Of a DNA stretch of 51,237 bases, positions 1-8,605 are shown piece by piece (the first letter of the stretch is position 1; every line of letters begins with the position of its first letter). Where the stretch lies: contig JBDIWC010000031.1 of NCBI GenBank assembly GCA_039794085.1, forward strand, positions 1-51,237. The letters run 5' to 3'. The notes beneath the pieces are model-generated. The model worked only from the letters and a program-made list of their open reading frames with translations, was not told where the DNA came from and did not search any database. Origin of the DNA: Gemmatimonadales bacterium. GTDB taxonomy: Bacteria; Gemmatimonadota; Gemmatimonadetes; Gemmatimonadales; GWC2-71-9. Position numbers and translations under genes: made by a program.

Positions 1-302
1 ACGCGAGGCTGGACCCCGGTGGACGCGGTAGCCCTCAATCCACCCAAGCAGGAATCAACCCACGCGGCCACTCCCGAAGCGGCCGCATGAAGGCTCATGC
101 GACAACTATCTTGACATTTACCGGAGGGCCCCGTGCGGACTAATACTTTCACTAATACTTTGCCCTCGAAAAGTCCCGGATATTCCCGGGTCACGGAGCC
201 CCAAAGTTACGGGAACTTCCGGGTCAGGTGTCGGGTGAAAGCCTTGTCGGGTAACGGGTTCCGCTGGCCTAGCATGGACTTGGCTGATCCGGGTCTTTTG
301 TT

Positions 303-346
303 AATGGGGTTCAGGGGGTCGCGGGTTCGAATCCCGCCGTCCCGAC
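303..346 (+). tRNA. 3' half of a tRNA-Pro(GGG) gene (partial; probable att core), not a functional tRNA
   Basis: ATGGGGT anticodon loop, TCAGG 3' anticodon stem, GGGTC variable loop, GCGGG-TTCGAAT-CCCGC T arm, CGTCCCG-A acceptor 3' strand. The upstream sequence cannot supply the 5' acceptor strand or D arm. Confidence 0.85.
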
Positions 347-348
347 TG

Positions 349-378
349 GAAAAGGCGAGCCAATTGGCTCGCCTTTTC
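349..378. terminator. Rho-independent, probably bidirectional terminator
   Basis: Perfect 30-bp palindrome GAAAAGGCGAGCCAATTGGCTCGCCTTTTC with A/T tracts at the ends, right after the tRNA fragment. Confidence 0.8.
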
Positions 379-425
379 TGTGTCGGGACGCCGGGCTGGG
401 CGATCCCCCCGCAGTCCCCATCCCC

Positions 426-519
426 GGGTTCTGGGTTCTGGGTTCTGGGTTCTGGGTATTGGGTATTGGGTATTGGGTATTGGGTTCTGGGTGTTGGGTG
501 TTGGGTATTGGGTATTGGG
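426..519. repeat. Heptamer tandem repeat (GGGTTCT/GGGTATT/GGGTGTT) x13
   Basis: Read directly: 13 full units plus a final GGG. Confidence 0.95.
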
Positions 520-603
520 CCCGGCCACGCAGTTCCCAGTATTCAGTACCCAGCACCCACCACCCAACACCCCTTCAAACGTCGAACTTCATCCGCAAGG
601 GCA

Positions 604-1473
604 TCAGTCCGGATATCGAGTCGAATTGGACAGAGCCTTGTAGAGATCCTTCATCTGCGACAGGGTCATCACGGTGGCGGGCATCGAAGTCCCAAGCTGG
701 CCGAACCGGATCTTGTGGGAGTCCTCATTGGGCTTGGATCGGAGATGCCGCCCCACCGTGAAGGCGCCGCCATCCACCAGGAGGGAGCGACCGTCGAATC
801 CATGACAGAAGCTGCAGTTCTGACTGAAGAACGCATCGCCCCGGCCGGCATCCCCATCCTTTCCGATATTCAAGAAGGCTATTGTGCCGGTGGGATAGGT
901 CCCCGAGACCTGGGAGTCGTAGAGGTCGCGGGTGTCGAACGCCTCGATCTTGAGGAACTTGACCAGCTCCCAGATTTGCCCATCGGTCAGGATCTGCCCG
1001 TAGTCCGGCATCTGGTCACCAACCGTGAAGTTAGTTGCCGGGTCATAGGAACTGAGGTCGACCGTGGGTGCGCGCCGGCCCGGGCCCGATTTGATCGCGT
1101 CGAAGAGCTGTTCGGGGGACGCTGACGCGGTAAAGCCCGCCAGATTGAAGGAGGAGATGTTGGGACGAGAACTGGTCGGGCGTCGGCTGATGTAGGCCCC
1201 GGTCGAGCCCAAGCGATCCCACCCATGGCACTGTTTGCAGCGGAAGAAGTCACTGCGGGCCTTGAAGCTGGCAATGTTGGGGTCTGCCTGGTTGAATCGG
1301 GTGTCTGCCGCCCAGAACTTGTCGTAGAGCCGACCTCCGTTGACTCCATTTGCCGCCAGGAACTCGGGAGGAGACTCCGTGGGTCCCGTGGCATCGTCGG
1401 AGCACGCGCTCCCGCTCACGATCGCCAGGGCGACGAGGAGCATCCCGCGATGGCGAGGGGACGTTTTCAGCAT
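604..1473 (-). CDS. Diheme c-type cytochrome, probable lipoprotein
   Basis: CKQCH and CSFCH motifs; hydrophobic signal ending SGSAC; GGAG RBS before ATG 1473. Confidence 0.8.
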   Translation of the reverse strand: MLKTSPRHRGMLLVALAIVSGSACSDDATGPTESPPEFLAANGVNGGRLYDKFWAADTRFNQADPNIASFKARSDFFRCKQCHGWDRLGSTGAYISRRPTSSRPNISSFNLAGFTASASPEQLFDAIKSGPGRRAPTVDLSSYDPATNFTVGDQMPDYGQILTDGQIWELVKFLKIEAFDTRDLYDSQVSGTYPTGTIAFLNIGKDGDAGRGDAFFSQNCSFCHGFDGRSLLVDGGAFTVGRHLRSKPNEDSHKIRFGQLGTSMPATVMTLSQMKDLYKALSNSTRYPD

Positions 1474-1694
1474 AGGGCAACTCCGGATCTGTGGTCGCAT
1501 GCGACCGGGTAAACGGCCATGTCGATCTCTCCACATGACCGACGGTACACCCGCCATGGTACCGGAGGCCGGTTGAGAGGCACTCGAAATGAAGATGAAG
1601 GTTCGTTCAGGGTGGGGACCGGCCGCCCCGGCTGAGTATCATTCATGCAGGTCTCATGTCCGAAGGTTCCGATTCCTTCCAGCGGGTGCTCTCC

Positions 1695-2807
1695 ATGGCA
1701 ACGACACGACGCGACTTTCTCAAGGGAATGGCCGCCACCGGCGGGCTCGCCGCGGCCGGTGCTCCCTCCTTTCTCCTCCGCGGGATCCGTCCCCCCGCGG
1801 CTCCCAAGCGGATCCTGATCCTGGGGGGCACGGGCTTCATCGGCCCGTACCAGGTGCAGTATGCCGTGGCGCGCGGACACCAGGTCACCGTGTTCAACCG
1901 CGGCCGCACCGAGGGAGAGGTTCCGGACGGCGTCGAACGGCTCTACGGGGATCGCAACGGGGACCTGGAGTCGCTGAAGGGGAGAACCTGGGACGTCGTG
2001 ATCGACAACCCGACCACGCTGCCGCGGTGGGTCCGGGACGCGGGACAGATCCTCCAGGGGAACACCTCCCAGTACATCTTCATCTCCACCCTCTCCGTGT
2101 ATGCCAGCTGGGCCACGCCTGACATGAAGGAAACGGCTGCCCTCGCCACCATGGACGATCCGACCAATGAGGACACCCGCCGGTTCTACGGCCCCCTCAA
2201 GGCCCTTTCGGAACAGGAGGTGGAACGGTGGTACCCGGGCCGCGCCACCATCATCCGTCCCGGACTGATCGTGGGACCGGGGGACGGGACCGACCGGTTC
2301 ACCTACTGGCCGATGCGCATCCATCGGGGCGGGGAGATCCTCGCCCCGGGGGCCCCCTCGGATCCGGTGCAGATCATCGACGCGCGCGACCTTTCCGAGT
2401 TCATCATCCGGATGGCGGAGGAGGGACACAGGGGGACCTACAACGCGGTCGGTCCCCGGTCCCCCCTCACACTGGGGGAGATGCTCGCCGGGATCCGGGC
2501 CACCGTGAGCGGCAGCACCGAGATCCGGATGACCTGGGTCGATGCGGAGTTCCTCGCCTCCCAGGAGGTTCGGCCCTGGTCCGACATGCCGGTCTGGATT
2601 CCGCCCGGGACCGACCGCCGCGGCTGGTCTCGGGTCAACATCGCGCGGGCGCTGGCGCGGGGGCTCACCTTCCGACCGTTGGCCGACACCACCCGGGACA
2701 CGATCGCCTGGTTCACCTCGCTGCCCGCCGAGCGGCAGGCGACGATGCGGGCCGGGCTCAGCGCGGATCGGGAGAGGGAAGTCCTGGCTGCCTGGCACGC
2801 CCGCTAG
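1695..2807 (+). CDS. NAD-dependent epimerase/dehydratase family (atypical SDR) protein with Tat signal
   Basis: TRRDFLK Tat motif, ILILGGTGFIG Rossmann motif, YGPLK (YxxxK), IIRPGLIVGP. Confidence 0.85.
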   Translation: MATTRRDFLKGMAATGGLAAAGAPSFLLRGIRPPAAPKRILILGGTGFIGPYQVQYAVARGHQVTVFNRGRTEGEVPDGVERLYGDRNGDLESLKGRTWDVVIDNPTTLPRWVRDAGQILQGNTSQYIFISTLSVYASWATPDMKETAALATMDDPTNEDTRRFYGPLKALSEQEVERWYPGRATIIRPGLIVGPGDGTDRFTYWPMRIHRGGEILAPGAPSDPVQIIDARDLSEFIIRMAEEGHRGTYNAVGPRSPLTLGEMLAGIRATVSGSTEIRMTWVDAEFLASQEVRPWSDMPVWIPPGTDRRGWSRVNIARALARGLTFRPLADTTRDTIAWFTSLPAERQATMRAGLSADREREVLAAWHAR

Positions 2808-2855
2808 AGCGATCCCTGTGTCGTCTCAGCGCCCCCCCCCCTCACCCCGGATTGA

Positions 2856-2977
2856 ACCACAGAGAACACGGAGGACGCAGAGGGTGGACGGCTCCCCCGA
2901 CAGGTTCCCGATCTTGCGCTCCCGGCATCGGCAATGATCATGCGGAGACCCTCTGTGGCCTCCGTGTTCTCTGCGGT
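2856..2977. repeat. 30-bp imperfect inverted repeat between convergent genes
   Basis: 2856-2885 and 2948-2977 are reverse complements with 3 mismatches. Confidence 0.8.
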
Positions 2978-2993
2978 GATCCCTTCCTCAGGC

Positions 2994-3425
2994 TCAGGAC
3001 CCGGGCAGGACCACGAAGGGATTCTCTGAAACAGTGCGATAGGTGGTGAACCCCCGGCGGTCGAGGGTGAACACCTGGTCTGTCCCGAGCCACGCCGCGG
3101 CCACCACCAGCGTGGCATCGGCGTAGTCCATCGGTGTATCGCGATACCGGCGCATCAGCCCCGCCGCGAGCCGATGCCCCTCATCGTCAAGGCCGAGAAT
3201 CGGAACCTCCAGATCCAGAAGGAACTCCACCACCACGCTGGGTGATCCTCCCCCTCGACTGACGAAGTGGGTGGCTTCGGTGACCACCGCCTCGGTGGTG
3301 ACGCAGCGGGGCGCAAGGTCCGGCCAGTTGCGGGTGGACACGCTGTGCCACTGATCGTTCCGGTCCAGGAGGGCCACCAGCGGCCCCGTGTCGAAGAGCA
3401 GGGTCCGCCGGCGCCGGGGACTCAC
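2994..3425 (-). CDS. PIN-domain (VapC-like) toxin
   Basis: LLFDTGPLVALL, VVTEA, MDYADATLV, FTLDRRGF PIN motifs; GTG start overlaps the antitoxin stop. Confidence 0.85.
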   Translation of the reverse strand: MSPRRRRTLLFDTGPLVALLDRNDQWHSVSTRNWPDLAPRCVTTEAVVTEATHFVSRGGGSPSVVVEFLLDLEVPILGLDDEGHRLAAGLMRRYRDTPMDYADATLVVAAAWLGTDQVFTLDRRGFTTYRTVSENPFVVLPGS

Positions 3426-3679
3426 GGGCGCCAGTTGCGTTCCCGGATCAGTCGGGCAGAAGGGTCGGTGACGGCCCGGCACTCATCCAACTTCAGAGCA
3501 CCGAGGTAAGGGGCCGATCGCTCCCGTACCTGGCCGGTGGGGAGAGGCTCCCCCTCCGCCAGATACTGCTCCAGCGCCTCCCGTACCACCTGGGACTTGG
3601 GGATCCCCCGTGTCTCGGCGGCCCGTGCGAGCGCCCGGGCCAGAGTGTCCGGCAGACGGAACGATGTCTGATCAGCCAT
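3422..3679 (-). CDS. Ribbon-helix-helix (CopG/VapB-like) antitoxin
   Basis: TSFRLPDTLARALARAAETRGIPKSQVVREALEQYL RHH pattern, directly upstream of the PIN gene. Confidence 0.85.
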   Translation of the reverse strand: MADQTSFRLPDTLARALARAAETRGIPKSQVVREALEQYLAEGEPLPTGQVRERSAPYLGALKLDECRAVTDPSARLIRERNWRP

Positions 3680-3844
3680 GGGATGCAAAAGTAATGCATA
3701 TGCATTCCAGATGCCAGGGGCTGATGACCGCCCTGCGGCGCGGTGAAGAACTCTTCAAGGCCCCTTCACCACAACTCCACCAGGATGCCCCTAAGGTAGG
3801 TATGAAATCGTGTTCATCTTCACAAACCGCAACGCGGAGTGTCC

Positions 3845-6082
3845 ATGAGTGGTCTCGACCGACGGGCTTTCCTGAGGGGGTTGGCCGTGGCTGCGGCGGG
3901 GTCGGCGGCCGCGACCACTCTGGCGGGAGGATCGATCGAAGCGGCTCCGGGGGCCCTCCGCCAGGACCCCGCGGGTGAGGGATGGAAGAAGGTGGCGTGC
4001 CCCCTCTGTCCGGTCGGTTGCGGCCTCCTGGTGCGGATTCAGGCGGGGCGGGCCACCGCGGCCAAGGGGGATCCGGCCTCTCCGGTCAGCTCCGGGCTCG
4101 CCTGCGCCCGGGGTTACTACGCGGTCCAGGCGCTGTATGGACGGGATCGCCTCAGATACCCCTTGATCCGTCGCCACGGGACGCCGGGCCGCGCCTCGAT
4201 GCCGGAGGCCCTGGACCTGGTGGCGGAGCGACTGCGGGATGTCATCGCGAGGCATGGTCCGTCAAGCGTGGCCTGGTGTGGTTCGTCGGAATCCTCCCTC
4301 ACCAGCTCCTACCTCGCCGCCAAACTGTTCACGGGTGCCCTCGGGACCCCCCATGTCGACACCGATGCCCGCCTCCGTTCGGCGAGCGCGGAGGCCGGTC
4401 TCGTGAGCAGCTTCGGACTCGACGGGACCCCGGGCTGCTTCGAGGACGTGGACCACGCCGATGTCTTCATTCTGTGGGACGAGAACCTGGCGGAGACGGC
4501 GCCGGTGCTCTTCTCCCGGATGCTGGCGAGGCGGCGCACCCACCCCGGTGTCCGCATCATCGATCTGGCGACCCGGACGACACGAACGAGCTACGCCGCG
4601 GACCGCTCCTTTCTTCACGCACCGCAGTCACAACTTGCCCTCGCCCATGCGATCTGTCAGGAGATCGTCGCGCGAGGCGCCGCGAACCGCGACTTTCTCG
4701 ATCACCATGTCGGGTTCCGGAAAGGAAAGACCGACATCGGATGGGGATTGGGCGAGGACATCGTGATCGACGACGACCCCCGTACCTCCACCTGGAACGA
4801 GTTCGCCGCGTTCCTCACGGAATATTCACCCGAGCGGGTGCAACCGATCACCGGGCTCTCGCCGGCGGACACCCGGTGGATCGCCTCGCTCTATGCGGAC
4901 CGTTCGCGACACGTGTTGTCGGTCTGGGGCGCCGGGGTGAATCGTCAGGTGCGGGGAACGTGGGTCAACAACGCTCTTCACAATATTCACCTGCTGGTCG
5001 GCAAGATCGCCGAGCGGGGGAACGGCGGCCTCTGTGTGACGGGAGGCACGAGGGCTGCGGGGACACGGGTGCCCTCCGCGCTCCCGCGCGGGCGGAGTCT
5101 CGTCAGCATGTTCCGGGCCCTGGAGCGGGGAGACATCCGATTCCTGTGGGTCCAGTCGTCGGATCTCCTGGCGAGCCTCCCCAATCTGAACCGCTATCGG
5201 CGGGCCGCAGTCCGGGAGGATCGCTTCCTGGTCGTGTCCGATGCGTACCCGACTCCCACGACCGACCTCGCCGACGTGGTCCTGCCGAGCGCCTGGTGGC
5301 TCGAGACGGATGCGGTGCGGGAGAATGCGGGCCGCCGCCTGCAGTATCATCCGCAGTTGGTGTCTCCTCCGGGGGAGGCGATGGATGACGGATGGCAGGT
5401 GATGGAGGTCGCGCGGCGCCTCGGGCATGGGGACCAGATGCCCTGGCCTCGCGGAGCGCAGGGCGCCGGCGCATGGGAGGAGTACCGGGGTCTCCGAAAC
5501 GCGCCTGATGCACGGCTTCCCTCCGTCGAGATGTTGCGGACCACTCCCGGTGTTCTGTGGCCTCTCGTGGACGGCCAGGAGACGCGCTGGAGGTACAACA
5601 CCCGTCACGATCCCGCGGCCGATTCCGCCCGCGGGGACTTCGACTTTTACGGCCACGAGGATCACAGGGCCTGGATCTGGTTGCGTCCCCACGAGGCGGC
5701 TCCCGAGGTCCCGGATCGAGGGTATCCCTTCACGCTGGTGACGGGGGAGATCCTGGAGCACGGGGGGACCGGTGTCCTCACCCGCCGGATTCCGACCCTG
5801 CACCGCGCTGCGCCCCATGGATATGTCGAGCTGAACGGGGAGGATGCCCGCGCGCTCGGGATTCGCGCCGACGACCTCGTGCGCCTGATCAGCCGACGCG
5901 GCGCCCTGGAACTCCCCGCACGGATCGACCATCGCTCTCAGCCGCCCCGGGGACAGGTGTTCGTGCCGGCCTTTGACGAGAGCCATCCCGTCAATCTCCT
6001 GACCCTCGATGCCTGCTGTCCCCTTTCAGGTGAGCCGTCGTACACCTCTGCCGTGCGGGTGGAGCGGGCTGTGTCTCGATGA
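3845..6082 (+). CDS. NapA-like molybdopterin oxidoreductase family subunit (divergent; Mo ligand apparently absent)
   Basis: Tat motif DRRAFL; N-terminal CPLCPVGC...C 4Fe-4S motif; NapA-like segments (LYGRDRLRYPLIR, RGTWVNN..HNIHLLVGKI, DVVLPSAWWLE, ETRWRY). Confidence 0.8.
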   Translation: MSGLDRRAFLRGLAVAAAGSAAATTLAGGSIEAAPGALRQDPAGEGWKKVACPLCPVGCGLLVRIQAGRATAAKGDPASPVSSGLACARGYYAVQALYGRDRLRYPLIRRHGTPGRASMPEALDLVAERLRDVIARHGPSSVAWCGSSESSLTSSYLAAKLFTGALGTPHVDTDARLRSASAEAGLVSSFGLDGTPGCFEDVDHADVFILWDENLAETAPVLFSRMLARRRTHPGVRIIDLATRTTRTSYAADRSFLHAPQSQLALAHAICQEIVARGAANRDFLDHHVGFRKGKTDIGWGLGEDIVIDDDPRTSTWNEFAAFLTEYSPERVQPITGLSPADTRWIASLYADRSRHVLSVWGAGVNRQVRGTWVNNALHNIHLLVGKIAERGNGGLCVTGGTRAAGTRVPSALPRGRSLVSMFRALERGDIRFLWVQSSDLLASLPNLNRYRRAAVREDRFLVVSDAYPTPTTDLADVVLPSAWWLETDAVRENAGRRLQYHPQLVSPPGEAMDDGWQVMEVARRLGHGDQMPWPRGAQGAGAWEEYRGLRNAPDARLPSVEMLRTTPGVLWPLVDGQETRWRYNTRHDPAADSARGDFDFYGHEDHRAWIWLRPHEAAPEVPDRGYPFTLVTGEILEHGGTGVLTRRIPTLHRAAPHGYVELNGEDARALGIRADDLVRLISRRGALELPARIDHRSQPPRGQVFVPAFDESHPVNLLTLDACCPLSGEPSYTSAVRVERAVSR

Positions 6083-6912
6083 CCGATCGGCGCGAACCGA
6101 CCTCGACGGGTCCTCTCACCCGGCTTCTCCTCATCGGCCTCGCCGTCGCGGCGATGGTCGGGCTTATCGCCGGCCTGGCCATCACCCCATGGCCCCGCCT
6201 GGAGGAGAAGCATCCGGGTGAGAGCATCGTGATCGTGGCGTCGCCAACCCCCATTCCGGCAGAGGCCGGCGTCTTTCAGACGGCCAGGGGGCCGGGCGGC
6301 GCAGAGGATCCGCCCCGACGGGTGACCGCGCGCCCGCGAACCCTGTCCCGATTCCGGGCCAACCGGGCCTATCCCGGCGCGCCGCCTCGGATTCCGCATG
6401 CTCTCACGAGTACGGAGTTGCGGACGACAACCTGTCTGGTGTGCCACGAACGGGGCGGGTACTCGCCGCGCTTCCTGGCCTACGTCCCTCGCACTCCCCA
6501 TCCCGAACTCACCGACTGTCTCCAGTGTCACACGCCCGATGCCCACCTGGCTGGCGTGGCGCTCCCCACCAACGAGGCCAACGACATCTGTCGCCAGTGC
6601 CATGCCCTGGGAGCCTCTCGGAACCAACCCGCCACCCACCGGGCCTGGGGCGACGTCGACTGGCGTCCCGCACCGTGGCCTCCGCTGGACCCGGTTCGGG
6701 CCTCGGGCACTCCCCCGCCCATCCCGCACGATCTGGCCCTGCGGGGGAACTGCGGAACCTGTCATGTCGGTGAGTCGGCGATCTCGGAGATCCGCACGGC
6801 CCATCCCGAGCGATCCAACTGCCGTCAATGCCACCTGACCCTCGCCGCCACCGATTCCGTCTACGCCCGCCCGCCCCGGGCTCCGGTGGACACCATGACG
6901 GGAAGCCCATGA
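6079..6912 (+). CDS. NapB-like multiheme cytochrome c (5 CxxCH)
   Basis: RAYPGAPPRIPH NapB-type motif and a second GTPPPIPH; CLVCH, CLQCH, CRQCH, CGTCH, CRQCH; N-terminal hydrophobic helix; ATGA overlap. Confidence 0.8.
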   Translation: MTDRREPTSTGPLTRLLLIGLAVAAMVGLIAGLAITPWPRLEEKHPGESIVIVASPTPIPAEAGVFQTARGPGGAEDPPRRVTARPRTLSRFRANRAYPGAPPRIPHALTSTELRTTTCLVCHERGGYSPRFLAYVPRTPHPELTDCLQCHTPDAHLAGVALPTNEANDICRQCHALGASRNQPATHRAWGDVDWRPAPWPPLDPVRASGTPPPIPHDLALRGNCGTCHVGESAISEIRTAHPERSNCRQCHLTLAATDSVYARPPRAPVDTMTGSP

Positions 6913-7631
6913 TTCGCGCCGCCGCCCTTCTCCTCCTGCTCCTCCTGGTCACCGCCGTGGCCGGTCTCGGCTGTCCTGGGAAGGCACAGCCCGACGCGGG
7001 GGCTTCCCCGGGCGACGCATCGATGCGTCAGGATTCGACGCTGCGGGATTCGCTGGCACGGCGGGAGCCGGGCGTCCTTGCCTCGGTCGAGGCGGTGCCG
7101 GTGACGGGTCGCGCCGGACCGGGAGACCATCCGTTCGAGGTGGGCCGGCGTACGCCGGACGCGGTCGGTGGCCGCATCCGCCGGTTCGGCACCCGTCCGC
7201 TTCCGATACAGCTGCGGCTCCGGTCGCCCGATCTCTCGCGGTATCCGTGTACGTCGTGCCATCAGGGAATCCGACTGGTCATGGCCGACGAGCGGATACC
7301 CGACGCGCATACCGACCTTCGGGTGGTTCATCCCACCGCGACAGGCTCCACCTGCGCCACCTGCCACGCGCCGGAGAACCCCGAACTCCTTGTGCTCGGA
7401 ACCCGCGAACGCGCGACGCTGGACCATGCCTACCAGTTGTGTGCGACCTGTCACTTCAGCCAGGTGGAATCCTGGACCGGGGGCGCGCACGGGAAGCGGT
7501 TCGACGGCTGGCAGGGTCGGCGTGTGGTCATGGGATGCGCCGACTGTCACGATCCTCACGCCCCCGCCCTGGAGACTCGCATGCCCTTCCGTCCACCCCG
7601 GCTGCATCGTCCCGGGACCCGCACGCCATGA
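6909..7631 (+). CDS. Tetraheme cytochrome c, probable lipoprotein
   Basis: CTSCH, CATCH, CATCH, CADCH; signal ending AGLGC; ATGA overlaps at both ends. Confidence 0.8.
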   Translation: MIRAAALLLLLLLVTAVAGLGCPGKAQPDAGASPGDASMRQDSTLRDSLARREPGVLASVEAVPVTGRAGPGDHPFEVGRRTPDAVGGRIRRFGTRPLPIQLRLRSPDLSRYPCTSCHQGIRLVMADERIPDAHTDLRVVHPTATGSTCATCHAPENPELLVLGTRERATLDHAYQLCATCHFSQVESWTGGAHGKRFDGWQGRRVVMGCADCHDPHAPALETRMPFRPPRLHRPGTRTP

Positions 7632-8587
7632 TCCCGCATCCCGGGTCCGTACCCACGACGGGCGCCGCCCCGTCCGCGGGAACCCCGATCACGCGGCGCA
7701 CGGCGTTGACCACCCTGGCCGTCGGTGTGGCGGGGGCGGCCGCCTGCTCCTCTCAGGAGGTGACGGAAGAGACTGCGGAGGCGCGGGGTCTGGAGTGGCG
7801 GGAGCAGATCAAACGCAACTACCGCCTCATGACGGAGGAGGAACGGGCGGAGACGATCGCTCGTCTGGAACGTCTGGCTCTTCTTCGGCGTGGGGAGGAG
7901 GTCTCGATCGCCTCCTCCTCCGCCCAACCGGGGGTGACGTTCGGCTATGCGTTCAATATCTCGAAGTGCAAGGGATTCCGGAGCTGCGTCGAGGCGTGCA
8001 TCAACGAGAACAACCTCGATCGTCGTGCGGAAACCCAGTACATCCGGATCTTCGAAATGGAGGAAGGAGGAGGGGTCGACCTGGATCACGCCACCGCCAC
8101 CTTTCAGCACGACGTACCGGCCGAGGGTCACTTTTACCTCGGCACCCAGTGTTTCCAGTGCGCCAACCCTCCGTGCGTCCAGGTCTGCCCCGTTGGGGCG
8201 ACATGGCAGGAGCCGGATGGCATTACGGTGATCGATTACGACTGGTGCATCGGATGCCGTTATTGCATGGCGGCGTGCCCCTACTGGGCGCGGCGCTTCA
8301 ACTGGAGTGAGCCCGAGGTTCCCACCGACGAGGTGAACCCCAATCAGCACTATCTCGGCAACCGGGCGCGCAAGAAGGGGGTGGTGGAAAAATGCACCTT
8401 CTGCATTCATCGCACGCGGGAGGGGCGGCTACCGGCCTGCGCCGAGGCGTGTCCGACGGGTGCGCGCGTGTTCGGAAACCTGCTCGACCCGGACTCGGAG
8501 ATCCGTTGGGTGCTCGAGCACAAGAAGGTTTTCCGATTGAAGGAGGACCTGAACACCGAACCACGGTTCTGGTACTTCACAGACTGA
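7628..8587 (+). CDS. NrfC/DsrO-like 4Fe-4S dicluster protein
   Basis: Tat-like TRRTAL; CFQCANPPCVQVCP, CIGCRYCMAACPY, KCTFC...PACAEACP motifs. Confidence 0.9.
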   Translation: MIPHPGSVPTTGAAPSAGTPITRRTALTTLAVGVAGAAACSSQEVTEETAEARGLEWREQIKRNYRLMTEEERAETIARLERLALLRRGEEVSIASSSAQPGVTFGYAFNISKCKGFRSCVEACINENNLDRRAETQYIRIFEMEEGGGVDLDHATATFQHDVPAEGHFYLGTQCFQCANPPCVQVCPVGATWQEPDGITVIDYDWCIGCRYCMAACPYWARRFNWSEPEVPTDEVNPNQHYLGNRARKKGVVEKCTFCIHRTREGRLPACAEACPTGARVFGNLLDPDSEIRWVLEHKKVFRLKEDLNTEPRFWYFTD

Positions 8588-8605
8588 CCACGAGACGAGG
8601 CGACG

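Noticed and set aside
1..90. Open frame ending TGA at 88-90 as a possible integrase C-terminus
   Set aside because: Only 29 codons are visible and there is no diagnostic motif.
270..346. Complete tRNA-Pro gene
   Set aside because: No 5' acceptor strand, D arm or 5' anticodon stem.
133..1125. 330-aa plus-strand ORF and other ORFs over the heptamer array
   Set aside because: They translate the tRNA fragment, the repeat and the antisense of the cytochrome gene; stop-free by composition.
3845..6082. Assigning the symbol napA / functional nitrate reductase
   Set aside because: The Mo-ligand Cys and several cofactor-contact motifs appear to be missing.
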